64,000 nt of DNA from an uncultured Verrucomicrobiae bacterium (GCA_963832325.1 CAWHTR010000005.1:58160-122159); one strand, 5' to 3'; counted from the stretch's first letter, positions 9,416 through 19,195 are shown. Numbers and translations are program-made. The notes: generated from the sequence alone by a model not told the origin.

Positions 9416-10375
9416 ATGCTTCCCACTTCCCTACCCCAACTCATCATGCTTCGCACCGCCCTCACTTCTATTCTTTCGCTCACCGTCGTCCTCGCGCCAC
9501 TCACCCCCGCCCTCGCCTGGGACCCACTCGGTCACATGACCGTTAACCAAATCGCCTACGACAACCTTACCCCCACCGCGAAGGCGAAAGTCGATGCCTC
9601 GATCGAGAATTTCAACCGCCGTGAGGGCACCGAATACACCTTCGTCGTCGCCGGCTGCTACATGGACGACATCCGCGGCAAAACTCGGGAATACAACACT
9701 TGGCACTACATCACCCTTCCCGACAACCGCGAAGGCCTCCCGCTCCCCCCCGCTTCCGAGGAAAATGTTCTCTGGGCCATCAAGAAAATGCTCGCCATCC
9801 TCGACGGCAAATCGACCGACTCGAAGATCAGCCGCGACACGGCCCTCGTGATGCTCAGCCACCTCGTCGGCGACGTCCACCAGCCCCTCCACACCACGAG
9901 CAAGAACGACGATCGTGGCGGCAATAAGGTGAAAATTCCCAACCTCGACGATCCCGAACTCGCCATTTTCAACAGCGACGGCAACCTCCATTGGTTCTGG
10001 GACATGAGCTACCGAGCCGGCATGTCCGACGACGGCGATACGGTCGTCAGTCTGTTCTCCGCGCCACTCTACTCCCGCGACGCCCCCGTCGCCGGCCACC
10101 TCAAAGCTCTCGACCTCGTCCGCGAAAAAGCCACCGAATACGAAGGCAAATATCCCGCCGCCACCCTCGGTGAACCCGCCACACCCGAGGAATGGATCTC
10201 CGAAAGCCACGAAATCGGCTTCGATACCGCCTACGGCAAGCTCCCCGGCGGTCCCAACAGCAATCCCGTGACCCTCGACTCCGACTACGTCGAACCCGCC
10301 CGCGAGATCGCCGAGAAACGCATCACCCTGGCTGGCTACCGCCTCGCCAATCTCATCAACGAGCGCTTCAAATAA
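9416..10375 (+). CDS. Secreted S1/P1-family nuclease
   Basis: Mature N-terminus begins WDPLGH. Also WHY and HLVGDVHQPLH, the zinc-ligand motifs of S1/P1 nucleases. Alternative ATG at 9446. The upstream part of the listed ORF overlaps the opposite-strand gene and is not credible. Confidence 0.85.
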   Translation: MLPTSLPQLIMLRTALTSILSLTVVLAPLTPALAWDPLGHMTVNQIAYDNLTPTAKAKVDASIENFNRREGTEYTFVVAGCYMDDIRGKTREYNTWHYITLPDNREGLPLPPASEENVLWAIKKMLAILDGKSTDSKISRDTALVMLSHLVGDVHQPLHTTSKNDDRGGNKVKIPNLDDPELAIFNSDGNLHWFWDMSYRAGMSDDGDTVVSLFSAPLYSRDAPVAGHLKALDLVREKATEYEGKYPAATLGEPATPEEWISESHEIGFDTAYGKLPGGPNSNPVTLDSDYVEPAREIAEKRITLAGYRLANLINERFK

Positions 10376-10400
10376 GGTCTCAACCCCGCCCGCACCGACC

Positions 10401-10838
10401 TTAACCGCGCACCGGCGAATCCCGGATTCCCGCCGCGTAAGCGCGGAAAACCATCCCGATTTCATCCCGAATTCGGCGAAACTCGGCTCGAATCTCGTCA
10501 TCACTCCCGCTCGCGTGCGCCGGATCCTCGAACCCCCAATGGTGCCGGCTAACCTGCCCTGGAAAGGTCGGGCACGCCGCGTCCGCGTTCCCGCACACCG
10601 TAATGACGGTCGTCACTCCCGCGTCCAGAAACTCATTCAGATGCTTCGAATGGTGCCCCGAGATGTCGATGCCGATCTCGCCCATCACCTCCACCGCCAC
10701 CGGATGCACAAACCCCGCCGGCTTCGAACCCGCACTCCGGACCTCGACCGAATCACCAGCCGCCTCCCGCAGAAACCCCTCGGCAATGTGACTCCGACAG
10801 GAATTCCCGGTGCAAAGTATGAGAATAATCGGCTTCAT
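10401..10838 (-). CDS. arsC: Arsenate reductase, LMW-PTP/thioredoxin-coupled type
   Basis: Start at [17 protein letters not shown] (CX5R P-loop). Second Cys pair in [12 protein letters not shown]. Confidence 0.85.
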   Translation of the reverse strand: MKPIILILCTGNSCRSHIAEGFLREAAGDSVEVRSAGSKPAGFVHPVAVEVMGEIGIDISGHHSKHLNEFLDAGVTTVITVCGNADAACPTFPGQVSRHHWGFEDPAHASGSDDEIRAEFRRIRDEIGMVFRAYAAGIRDSPVRG

Positions 10839-10863
10839 GAGAAGATTCGCACCCCGTCGCCGC

Positions 10864-11328
10864 CTAACAACACCCCGTCCCGCCTCCGCAACACCCTTCC
10901 TCCTCCGCTCCGCCATCCGGCAAACAGACGTCCATCGCCAGACAGCCCGTCTGCGTGTTCGCCAAAGTGAAAACCAACGCGCCGTCCCCCCGGCTCACGC
11001 CCTCGACCGCGAAGAGCGAGATCGACTCCCGCTGACACTCGATCTGCATCTCGGGATCGTCGTCCCCCAGGATCGGCCCCGCCTGCTCCATGATGAGCGC
11101 GAGCTTGGCCGTTGGTAGGCGGTGATCCGTGTCGTCCGCAACCCAGATTTGTAAGGAAGCGACCGCAGATTTCCGCAGCTTCCCGCCGCAATCCACGAAC
11201 GTTTTGACGGTCCGCCCGACCTCGGTCACGTGAGCGTGCGACGGCACCGACCCGCCACCGGGGAGGACAAAGGCCAGGTTCTCGTCGGGACTTTCGCGCA
11301 GGGCGCGGCTGAATTCTGATAATTTCAT
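10864..11328 (-). CDS. DUF6428-like protein with C-terminal CC-x5-CC tail
   Basis: 154 aa from the internal ATG at 11326-11328 ([10 protein letters not shown]...). Sits between two arsC genes in an arsR operon. Ends ...[13 protein letters not shown]. Confidence 0.7.
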   Translation of the reverse strand: MKLSEFSRALRESPDENLAFVLPGGGSVPSHAHVTEVGRTVKTFVDCGGKLRKSAVASLQIWVADDTDHRLPTAKLALIMEQAGPILGDDDPEMQIECQRESISLFAVEGVSRGDGALVFTLANTQTGCLAMDVCLPDGGAEEEGCCGGGTGCC

Positions 11329-11846
11329 ATTCTCTCTTTTAATGGCTTCGAATCGTGATCGATTTGCTCCCGCTCGCCGATGGCCCTGGTCTCTTGCGCG
11401 AGCCGGAGATCGTCGATTTTCTCGAAGGGCAGCGACGTCAACAGCGAGAGGCGTCGGTTGATCTGCTGCGCCACCTGCCAGAAGACCTCCGCTCGCTCGG
11501 CCTCCGAACCCTCCGTTGCCGCCGGATCCGGCGATCCCCAATGCGCGAGAATCGGGCGTCCCGGCCAGACCGGACACACTTCGCGGGCGCTGTCGCAAAG
11601 CGTAATGACAAAATCGAACGACTCGTTCTCGTATTCCTCCCACGACTTGCTCCGCGCCGCCGAGACGTCGATCTGGAAGTGCTCCCGCAACGTTCGCAAT
11701 GCCAGCGGGTGCGGGGCCGCCTTCGGATGACTCCCGGCGCTGCATGCGTCGAAGCGGTCCGCCCCCAGCCGCCCCATCAAATACTCCGCCAGGATGCTCC
11801 GGGCGGAATTGCCCGTGCACAGAAACAGGATCTTGAAGCGCCTCAT
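11325..11846 (-). CDS. arsC: Arsenate reductase-like LMW phosphatase (second copy)
   Basis: Start at MRRFKILFLCTGNSARS. Cys pair in ITLCDSAREVCP. 4-nt overlaps with both arsR and the DUF6428 gene. Confidence 0.8.
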   Translation of the reverse strand: MRRFKILFLCTGNSARSILAEYLMGRLGADRFDACSAGSHPKAAPHPLALRTLREHFQIDVSAARSKSWEEYENESFDFVITLCDSAREVCPVWPGRPILAHWGSPDPAATEGSEAERAEVFWQVAQQINRRLSLLTSLPFEKIDDLRLAQETRAIGEREQIDHDSKPLKERI

Positions 11847-12205
11847 CCCGCCACCCTCCCGCTTAGCTCCACGCCCAAGCCGTCGCACGATCCCAAGGTC
11901 GCCAACCGCTCCAAATCCTCCCGAAACAACCGCTCCGAATTCACGCAGTCCTGAAGACACTGCAGATTCGCCGTCAATTCCGGCGAGGGATCCGCCGGCA
12001 GACTGTAGATAATCCACGTCCCGCGCCGCTCCGTTTCCACCATCCCCCGCTTCCGTAAGTAGGCCAGGTGCTGGGAAACCTTCGTCTGGGAGACCTCCAG
12101 AATCTCCTGAAAATGGCAGACGCACATCGGCCGCAACGTCAGCAGATGCAATATCCGCAGCCGCGTCGGCTCGCACAGGCACTGGTAAATCCGAATCAAC
12201 TCCAC
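11843..12205 (-). CDS. arsR: ArsR/SmtB-family metalloregulator
   Basis: 120 aa. Winged HTH with the CVC metal/arsenite site (LRPMCVCHFQEIL...VSQHLAYLRKRGMV). Confidence 0.9.
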   Translation of the reverse strand: MELIRIYQCLCEPTRLRILHLLTLRPMCVCHFQEILEVSQTKVSQHLAYLRKRGMVETERRGTWIIYSLPADPSPELTANLQCLQDCVNSERLFREDLERLATLGSCDGLGVELSGRVAG

Positions 12206-12226
12206 GGCTCTTACATAGCTTCACGC

Positions 12227-12252
12227 GAATATACGTCAACATGAATATATTT
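12227..12252. promoter_or_regulatory. Candidate ArsR operator in an AT-rich divergent promoter
   Basis: Local AT-rich island in a high-GC context. GAATATA is repeated at 12227-12233 and 12243-12249. AATATA (12228-12233) and TATATT (12246-12251) form an inverted repeat. Lies 22-47 nt upstream of the arsR start. Confidence 0.25.
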
Positions 12253-12327
12253 AGAGATTTTCTCGCGCGAACTCCGCTTCCCACCATTGCGCACCGCCCC
12301 CCCGCTGTGACAGCTTTCCCCCCAGAC

Positions 12328-13116
12328 ATGGACGGCACCGCGGCACTCTCGATCACCTTCCTCGGCACCGGCACCTCCCACGGCGTCCCCATGATCAACT
12401 GCGACTGCGAAGTTTGCCGCTCCGACGATCCCCGCGATCAACGCACCCGCACCGCCGTCGTGGTGCGCACCCCCACCACCGCGTTCGCCATCGACACCCC
12501 ACCCGACTTCCGCACCCAGATCCTCCGCGAGGGCATCACCCACCTCGACGCCGTCGTCTACACCCACTCGCACACCGATCACATCATGGGATTCGACGAT
12601 CTGCGGCGCTTCAGCGAAGGTGGAACCATCCCGATCCACGCGGATCCCGCGACCCTCGCCGACCTCCGCCGAGTCTTTCAGTTCGCCTTCGCCGCCGACC
12701 ACCAATGGCCCGGCTACGTGCGCCCCGCAGCCCATGAAATCACCGCACCGTTCACCATCGGCGACGTCCACCTTACCCCCGTCACCCTCCCCCACGGTCG
12801 CTTCAACGTCACCGGATTCATTCTCTCGGTCGGTGGCCACAAGCTCGCCGCCTACTTCACCGACTGCAGCTCCGTTCCGCCCGCCGCCCTCGAAGCCGCG
12901 CGCGACGTCCCGGTCCTCATCATTGATGCCCTCCGCCACCGACCCCACCCCACCCATCTCAGCGTCGAACAAGCCTCCGGTTTTGCCGCCGCGATGAACG
13001 CCGGGCAAACCTACTTCACCCACATCTGCCACGACCTTGGCCACGCCACCACCGAAGCCGATCTCCCTCCCGGGATCCGCCTCGCCTACGACGGCTTGAC
13101 GATCTCACTCCCGTGA
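12328..13116 (+). CDS. MBL-fold metallo-hydrolase (PhnP/GPD-like)
   Basis: FLGTGTSHGVP, a CxCxxC zinc knuckle (NCDCEVCRS) and HTHSHTDH (HxHxDH). An alternative upstream ATG at 12241 is less likely. Confidence 0.8.
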   Translation: MDGTAALSITFLGTGTSHGVPMINCDCEVCRSDDPRDQRTRTAVVVRTPTTAFAIDTPPDFRTQILREGITHLDAVVYTHSHTDHIMGFDDLRRFSEGGTIPIHADPATLADLRRVFQFAFAADHQWPGYVRPAAHEITAPFTIGDVHLTPVTLPHGRFNVTGFILSVGGHKLAAYFTDCSSVPPAALEAARDVPVLIIDALRHRPHPTHLSVEQASGFAAAMNAGQTYFTHICHDLGHATTEADLPPGIRLAYDGLTISLP

Positions 13117-14666
13117 AAGCACTGATCGCCGCCACGTTCGCTTTCGCTGCCACGTTCACCGCCACCGCCACCGCCAGCCCCGAGTCCGACGCAACCATCG
13201 TCCTCTACAATCGCAACCAAGCCGAATCCCGGGACCTGGCAAAATATTACGCCGAAGCCCGCGGCATTCCCTTCAGTCAGGTCCTCGGTCTCAACGTCTC
13301 CGACGACGAGGAAATCACCCGCGATAGTTACCTCGTCACCATCGAAGCCCCCGTCCGGGGCGCGTTCACCGAACGGAAATGGTGGACCCAGGACCGTGGC
13401 CCCGATGGCCAACGCTTCGTCGCCTCCGCCAACAAACGTTTCGTCGCCATCATGCGCGGCGTTCCGCTGAAAATCCGCCCCGACAGCCGCGAGAGCCGCG
13501 AGCCTCCCGGCGACATCAAACCGGGTTCCCCCATGGCCACCCTCTTCAGCCACAACGAAGCCTCCGTCGACTCCGAACTCGCCGCCCTTTTCGCCCTCTC
13601 CGACGACCGCCCATCCGTCGTCGCCAATCCTTACTACCGCCGCCTCACCCCCATCCTGACCCAACCCCCCAGCGCCAGCCCGCTCCTCGTCTGCCGACTC
13701 GACGCGCCCACCGCCGCGACCGTCCGCAAGATGATCGACGACGCCATCTCAACCGAAAAAACCGGCCTCTGGGGCTGGGCCTACGTCGACGCCCGCAACA
13801 TCACCTCCGGCGGCTACAAGGAAGGCGACGATTGGCTCATCGAAGTCGCCCGCACCATGCGTCAACGTGGCCTCCCGGTCATTTCCGACTTCTCACCCGA
13901 CATCTTCCCCGCGGGCTACCCCCTCACCGACGCGGCCATCTATTACGGTTGGTACACCGGCACCGTCGCCGGGCCGTTCACCGATCCGGGATTCAAGTTT
14001 CTCCCCGGGGCCGTCGCCTGCCACCTCCATTCCTTCAGCGCCAACACCCTCCGCCAACCCGACGCCAATTGGTCCGCTCCCCTCCTCGTCCGCGGAGCCG
14101 CCGCCACGGTCGGCAACGTCTACGAACCCTACCTCAGCCTCACCGCGAACTTCGACCTCCTCCAGGACCGCCTCATGACCGGCCTCACTCTCGGCGAAGC
14201 CGCCTACGCTTCCATGCGCGCCCTCTCGTGGATGGGGATCGTCCTCGGCGACCCGCTCTACCGCCCCTACCAGCAATGGATCGACAATCCCGGCGCCCCC
14301 GCCACCAATAACTGGGCCAAATACCGGGACGCCGTCCTCGCATCCGGCAACAATCCCATCGACGCCGCCGACAAACTCCGCACCCTCGCCGAAGAGACGG
14401 GCGACTCCATGTTCCTCGAAGCCCTTGGCCAAGCTTACGCGGGAGAGCGGAAATTCGACCTCGCCATCGAGACCCTCACCGCGGCTTCCACGATGGAACG
14501 CTCCACCGCCATCCGCTTCCGCATTGCCCTCGAAAAAATCGAAATCCTCCAGCGAGCCAAAGACAAGCCCGCCGCTCGCGACGTCCTCAGCGAAGCGTTG
14601 GGCGATTTTCGCACTCCCGACCAGACCGCCATTCTTGACCAACTCTCACTCCAGCTCGCCCCCTGA
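13113..14666 (+). CDS. Secreted protein, TIGR03790-like, with C-terminal TPR-like helices
   Basis: GTG start overlapping the preceding stop (GTGA). Signal peptide MKALIAATFAFAATFTATATA. The N-terminal IVLYNRNQAESRDLAKYYAEARGIP resembles the TIGR03790 family, recognised from memory only. Confidence 0.5.
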   Translation: MKALIAATFAFAATFTATATASPESDATIVLYNRNQAESRDLAKYYAEARGIPFSQVLGLNVSDDEEITRDSYLVTIEAPVRGAFTERKWWTQDRGPDGQRFVASANKRFVAIMRGVPLKIRPDSRESREPPGDIKPGSPMATLFSHNEASVDSELAALFALSDDRPSVVANPYYRRLTPILTQPPSASPLLVCRLDAPTAATVRKMIDDAISTEKTGLWGWAYVDARNITSGGYKEGDDWLIEVARTMRQRGLPVISDFSPDIFPAGYPLTDAAIYYGWYTGTVAGPFTDPGFKFLPGAVACHLHSFSANTLRQPDANWSAPLLVRGAAATVGNVYEPYLSLTANFDLLQDRLMTGLTLGEAAYASMRALSWMGIVLGDPLYRPYQQWIDNPGAPATNNWAKYRDAVLASGNNPIDAADKLRTLAEETGDSMFLEALGQAYAGERKFDLAIETLTAASTMERSTAIRFRIALEKIEILQRAKDKPAARDVLSEALGDFRTPDQTAILDQLSLQLAP

Positions 14667-14684
14667 ACCCCCTCTCTCGTCCCG

Positions 14685-15995
14685 ATGTTCACCTACCGCG
14701 ACACCCTCCTGAACGCCGGTTCACGCGTCGCCGAGTCCCCCACGTCACCCCCCGACTTCTCCGGCAGCGAACTCGACATCCAGGCCCGCTGGTTCGCCGG
14801 TGCCTTCGGATCACGTTTCACCACCACCGACCACCAACCGATCGAGATCATCGATTTCGGAACCTGGAACCACGAAGCGGGCCCCGATTTCACCGCCGCC
14901 TCCGTTCGCCTCGGCAACCACCCGCCCACCCGCGGCCCGATTGAGATCGATACCGACGTCCGCGATTGGGACCACCACGCCCACTCCACCAACCCTGCCT
15001 TCGACGAGACGATTCTCCACGTCTTCCTCCGCCGCCCCGACACCCGCGTCTTCACCCGCACGTCCGACCACCGCGACGTCCCGCAGGTGGAACTCCGGGC
15101 CGCCACCCCCATCCGTGGCACCGCCCCCACCACCCGCCTCATCACCGACGATCCCGCCCGGGCCTCCGCCCTTCTCCACGCCGCAGCCCACCACCGCCTC
15201 CGCCGCAAATCCGCGACCCTCGCCGAAGCCGCCCGACTCCGCGGTCGCGACAACGCCTGGTTCGAAGCGATCGCCGTCGCCCTCGGCTACAAACGCAATA
15301 AGCTCCCCTTCCAACTCCTCGCCCAACGCTCCGGCCTCGCCGCCGCCCGCGCTCCCGGTGGCGAAGCCCTCCTTTTCGGCCTGGCCGGTTTCCTCGACAC
15401 CGACGGACGCCAGCCAAACGACCCCGGCATCCTCGCGGCCATCCGCGCCCTCTGGGACGAATGGTGGGACCACCGATCCCGCCTCGAGCGACTCATCCTA
15501 CCCCGAACCCAGTGGAATCTCGCCGGCATCCGCCCCGCCAACCACCCTCATCGCCGCCTCGCCGCCCTCCACACCATCGCCGCGAATTGGAATCCCATCC
15601 GCCACGCCCTCGAAGCCAGCAACTCGGAAAAATTCTCCTCCACTCTCTCCGCACTCCACCACCCGTTCTGGGACGGGCATTACACTCTCGCCGCCGCCCC
15701 GCTCCCAAAACCGATCGCCCTCATTGGAACGCAACGCATCGCGGACCTCCTCCTCAACATCTTCTACCCCATCGCGTTCCTCCGATCCGAAGACGTCTGG
15801 GTCGACTACGCCAAACAAACCGGACCACCCCCCGCCGCAACCATGACCGTCACCGCCCGAACCTTCTTCGCCCGCACCGACCGCTCTTTCCTCCGCCCAG
15901 CCGTCCATCAACAAGGCCTCCTCCAGCTCCAGCGCGACTTCGACGAATCCCCCGACCCCACCGGCCTCCTCGACGCCTGGCGCACGGCAAAATAG
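14685..15995 (+). CDS. DUF2851-family protein
   Basis: ELDIQARWFAG...IEIIDFGTWNHEAGPDF...IEIDTDVRDWDHHAH matches the DUF2851 N-terminal signature as I recall it. Confidence 0.7.
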   Translation: MFTYRDTLLNAGSRVAESPTSPPDFSGSELDIQARWFAGAFGSRFTTTDHQPIEIIDFGTWNHEAGPDFTAASVRLGNHPPTRGPIEIDTDVRDWDHHAHSTNPAFDETILHVFLRRPDTRVFTRTSDHRDVPQVELRAATPIRGTAPTTRLITDDPARASALLHAAAHHRLRRKSATLAEAARLRGRDNAWFEAIAVALGYKRNKLPFQLLAQRSGLAAARAPGGEALLFGLAGFLDTDGRQPNDPGILAAIRALWDEWWDHRSRLERLILPRTQWNLAGIRPANHPHRRLAALHTIAANWNPIRHALEASNSEKFSSTLSALHHPFWDGHYTLAAAPLPKPIALIGTQRIADLLLNIFYPIAFLRSEDVWVDYAKQTGPPPAATMTVTARTFFARTDRSFLRPAVHQQGLLQLQRDFDESPDPTGLLDAWRTAK

Positions 15996-16007
15996 CAACT
16001 CGCACCC

Positions 16008-18692
16008 TCACCCCCGCGCGACCAACCGCCGCGCCGACACCACGCTGTCGATCCCGTCGATCCCCTTGTCCCGCCGAATCCCTTTGATCCGCGGAAACCG
16101 CATCGCCAACCCGCTCGAATGCCGGTCGCTCTCGTTGATCGAGTCGAACGCGATCTCGAGAACAATCCGCGGCTCGATGTCATACACCAGCCCCCGCTGA
16201 CGTACCACCAATCCCAGAAGTTCTTCCGTCAGATCCGCGATCTCCACGTCCGTCAATCCACTGTAAGCCTTGCCGATGTTGGCCAGCCCGCCCTTCGCGT
16301 CCCGCACCGCAAACGTGTAATCGCTCAACACTCCGACCCGCTTTCCGTGGCCGTATTCCGCCGCGACAATCACGCAATCCAGCGTCGCGAACGCCTTCTT
16401 CAACTTGATCCAGGCCAAGCCCCGCCGCCCCGGCGAATACGCGCTCGCTGGATCCTTCGCGATCAGCCCCTCGTTCCCCCTCGCCCGCGCCGCGTCGAAC
16501 GCCACGTCGATCTCCTCCGCCGATCCCGCCGTCACCAGCGGCACCGCAGTCAGCGAACCCGCCAGCCCCAAACCCTCCAACACCCGCCGACGCTCCCCCA
16601 GTCGTTCCCGAAAAACCGACCGCCCCTCCGCCCAAAGAACGTCAAACGCCAGAAACGAAACCGGCACCTCGTTCGCCATAAAAAGATCCCGCTCCTTCCG
16701 CCCGAGCCGCCGCTGCAGTTCAAAAAATCCCAGCGGCCGCCCCCCCTGATAAGCCAGCATCTCCCCATCGACCACAAACTCCCGCCCGCTCGCCACCGCC
16801 GCCACCGCGATCTCCGGGAACGTCGCTGTCACGTCCTTCAACTCCCGCGAAAAAATCCGACACTCCCCACCCGCCACGTGAACCTGCGCCCGGATCCCGT
16901 CCAACTTATCCTCCAGCCAGACCGACCCCTCGCCGCCCAACCGACCCCACACCGCCTCCGCGTCCGGCTCCGGACTCGCCAGCATCGCCTTCATCGGACA
17001 AAACGGCCTCAACTCCACCGTACCCAACGTCCCCGACCGCGCCCGCACCGCCGTCTCTCCGAGATCACCAAGCAACATGTTCGCCTCCCGCACCGCCACA
17101 CCCTCGGCTCCAAAAGCCTCCGCGACCGCTTCTTCCACCAGCCCCTCCTTCAACCCAATCCTCAGTTCCCCGGTCAGAATCGTCACCAGCACCTTCGCCT
17201 CCCCCGCCGAGATCCGCCCCAGCATCGCCTCCAGCAGTCCGCCCTTTCCGACCGGTCCCCTCGCCGCTTCCAATCGTTGAAAAAACTCCCCAACCTCCGC
17301 GATCGACGGTGAGTCTCCCGACCCCACCCGTCTTCCCCCCAACGCCTCCGCCGTCGTCAGACCGATATCATTCCACCGTCGGGAAATCGCCGAGAACTCC
17401 CCCGGCGACAATCCCGACACCGCCAGCACCGCCCGCCGGATGACCGCCCATCCCACCCGCACGGCCCGGTTCGCCACCTGCGAAAACGCGTTCCCCGTCA
17501 ACCAAACCGCCACCACCCGCAATTCCTCATCCTCCAACCCCTCAAAGTATTCCCGCAGAATCCGCACCTTCTCCAACTTCCCCGTCGTCCGCCCAATCCT
17601 CTCACAAACCTCCGCAAACCGCCCAAATCCCTCCGCAGCCTCTTCACCCCCGACCTCCTCGACGACCTTCCGTTCGAACCCCGCGACGACCTTCACCGGC
17701 AACCCCAGCTCCAGCTGATTATCCCCCGTCAGCGCCCAGGCCTCCACCCCACGCTCCCGCAAATCCGCCGCAAATTCCCGCGCGTACCCGTGCAATGTGA
17801 GCACCCGCTTCGGTCCCACCGCCTCCACGTGCCGCAGCAAATCGTCATACCCAGCATGATCCGACAACGGAAACGCCGCGTCGGCCTGATACCGAAATTT
17901 CGCCCCCGGATTCATCGCCCACCCCGACAACATCGCCACCCGCCGGTTCCGTATCTTCCTCAGCATCGCCGACCCGTTCACGTTCGGCGGACAAATGAGC
18001 GCGTGCCCTCCCACCTTCCCCGCCTCGTATTGACAATACTCCGGAAACGCGATCCCCATTCCCTCGTAAACCCGCGTCATCTTCCACACCGCCCCGTGCA
18101 GCATGATCGGCACCCCCGCCACCGCCAGCGCGGCGAGAATCTCCTGCGCCTTTCCCAACGAATACCCCAACAGCACCGGCACGTCCCCCTCCTCCAACGC
18201 CTCCCGCGCAAATTTCACCACCCCCGCGATCACCTCCTCCGCGGGCGGAAACACGTAGTGCGGCAGCCCAAACGTCGTTTCCATGATCAAAATCTCCGCC
18301 CGCTCCGCCTCGGCCACCTCCGACGACAGCCCCGCCCGGAGCTTGAAATCCCCCGTGTAAAGCAACGACCCCGCCGCCGATTCGATCCAGCACTGCGCAC
18401 TCCCCAACACGTGCCCGGCCGGAATCAACATCATCTCGAAATTCGAAAACTCCCGACGCTCCCGCCACCCGAGGACGTGCTCCACCCCGACCGGTGCCCC
18501 CAGCCGCGCCCGCATCAACCGCGACGTCCCGTCGGTCAGGATCGACTCGGCGTGCCGCCCCGTGTGATCCGAATGCGCGTGCGAAACAAAAGCAAAATCC
18601 TGCGGCCCCCGCGGATCCAGCCAAAGCGCCGCCCCCCCGGCACCCCGCAGCTCAGGCAACTCCACCCCGCGCGAATACCGAACCTCAATCAC
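16008..18692 (-). CDS. Fusion protein: MBL/beta-CASP exonuclease + ATP-dependent DNA ligase
   Basis: Single 894-aa ORF. The N-terminal ~330 aa carry HAHSDH (HxHxDH) and beta-CASP-like motifs. The C-terminal part has the adenylation motif EDKLDGIRAQV (KxDG), a nucleotidyltransferase domain and an OB fold (LEIAFDSI...RFPRIKGIRRDK). Confidence 0.85.
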   Translation of the reverse strand: MIEVRYSRGVELPELRGAGGAALWLDPRGPQDFAFVSHAHSDHTGRHAESILTDGTSRLMRARLGAPVGVEHVLGWRERREFSNFEMMLIPAGHVLGSAQCWIESAAGSLLYTGDFKLRAGLSSEVAEAERAEILIMETTFGLPHYVFPPAEEVIAGVVKFAREALEEGDVPVLLGYSLGKAQEILAALAVAGVPIMLHGAVWKMTRVYEGMGIAFPEYCQYEAGKVGGHALICPPNVNGSAMLRKIRNRRVAMLSGWAMNPGAKFRYQADAAFPLSDHAGYDDLLRHVEAVGPKRVLTLHGYAREFAADLRERGVEAWALTGDNQLELGLPVKVVAGFERKVVEEVGGEEAAEGFGRFAEVCERIGRTTGKLEKVRILREYFEGLEDEELRVVAVWLTGNAFSQVANRAVRVGWAVIRRAVLAVSGLSPGEFSAISRRWNDIGLTTAEALGGRRVGSGDSPSIAEVGEFFQRLEAARGPVGKGGLLEAMLGRISAGEAKVLVTILTGELRIGLKEGLVEEAVAEAFGAEGVAVREANMLLGDLGETAVRARSGTLGTVELRPFCPMKAMLASPEPDAEAVWGRLGGEGSVWLEDKLDGIRAQVHVAGGECRIFSRELKDVTATFPEIAVAAVASGREFVVDGEMLAYQGGRPLGFFELQRRLGRKERDLFMANEVPVSFLAFDVLWAEGRSVFRERLGERRRVLEGLGLAGSLTAVPLVTAGSAEEIDVAFDAARARGNEGLIAKDPASAYSPGRRGLAWIKLKKAFATLDCVIVAAEYGHGKRVGVLSDYTFAVRDAKGGLANIGKAYSGLTDVEIADLTEELLGLVVRQRGLVYDIEPRIVLEIAFDSINESDRHSSGLAMRFPRIKGIRRDKGIDGIDSVVSARRLVARG

Positions 18693-18736
18693 TCAAAGAA
18701 AACGCACCCCACGCCCCGGAAGGACGCCCTCCCGCA

Positions 18737-19195
18737 TCAACTCTTCGTCAGCTCGCCCGTCGTCTCATACCGCGAAATCTCGTCGAGCCGCCCCTGATGC
18801 CGCCCCCCCGCAAACTCCGTCTTCAACCAGATATCCACGATGTCCAACGCGATCTCGATCGACGTCATCCGCTGCCCGATCGACAGGACATTCGAATCAT
18901 TGTGCATCCGCGAGAATTCCGCCGTCTGCGAATTCCAGCACAGCGCGCACCGCACCCCTTTCACCTTGTTCGCCGCGATCGCCTCCCCGTTCCCCGATCC
19001 CCCGAGCACGATCCCCCGATCCGACTCCCCCTTCACCACCGCTTCCGCCGCCGGGATGATGAACAACGGGTAATCCGTCGACTCAGCCGAGTCCGTCCCG
19101 AAGTCGATGACCTCATGCCCCGCCGCCTTCAAGTGCTCGATCATCCGACCCTTGTAAGCAAACCCCGCGTGATCCGATCCAATGGAAATTTTCAT
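18737..19195 (-). CDS. rpiB: Ribose-5-phosphate isomerase B
   Basis: MKISIGSDHAGF...GIVLGGSGNGEAIAANK...RCALCW. Typical RpiB/LacAB family over the full length. Confidence 0.92.
   Translation of the reverse strand: MKISIGSDHAGFAYKGRMIEHLKAAGHEVIDFGTDSAESTDYPLFIIPAAEAVVKGESDRGIVLGGSGNGEAIAANKVKGVRCALCWNSQTAEFSRMHNDSNVLSIGQRMTSIEIALDIVDIWLKTEFAGGRHQGRLDEISRYETTGELTKS

Noticed and set aside
10401-13116. Arsenic cluster as a horizontally acquired island or mobile element
   Set aside because: There is no integrase, transposase, tRNA-adjacent attachment site or flanking direct repeat. Base composition looks like the surrounding genes apart from the short AT-rich promoter.
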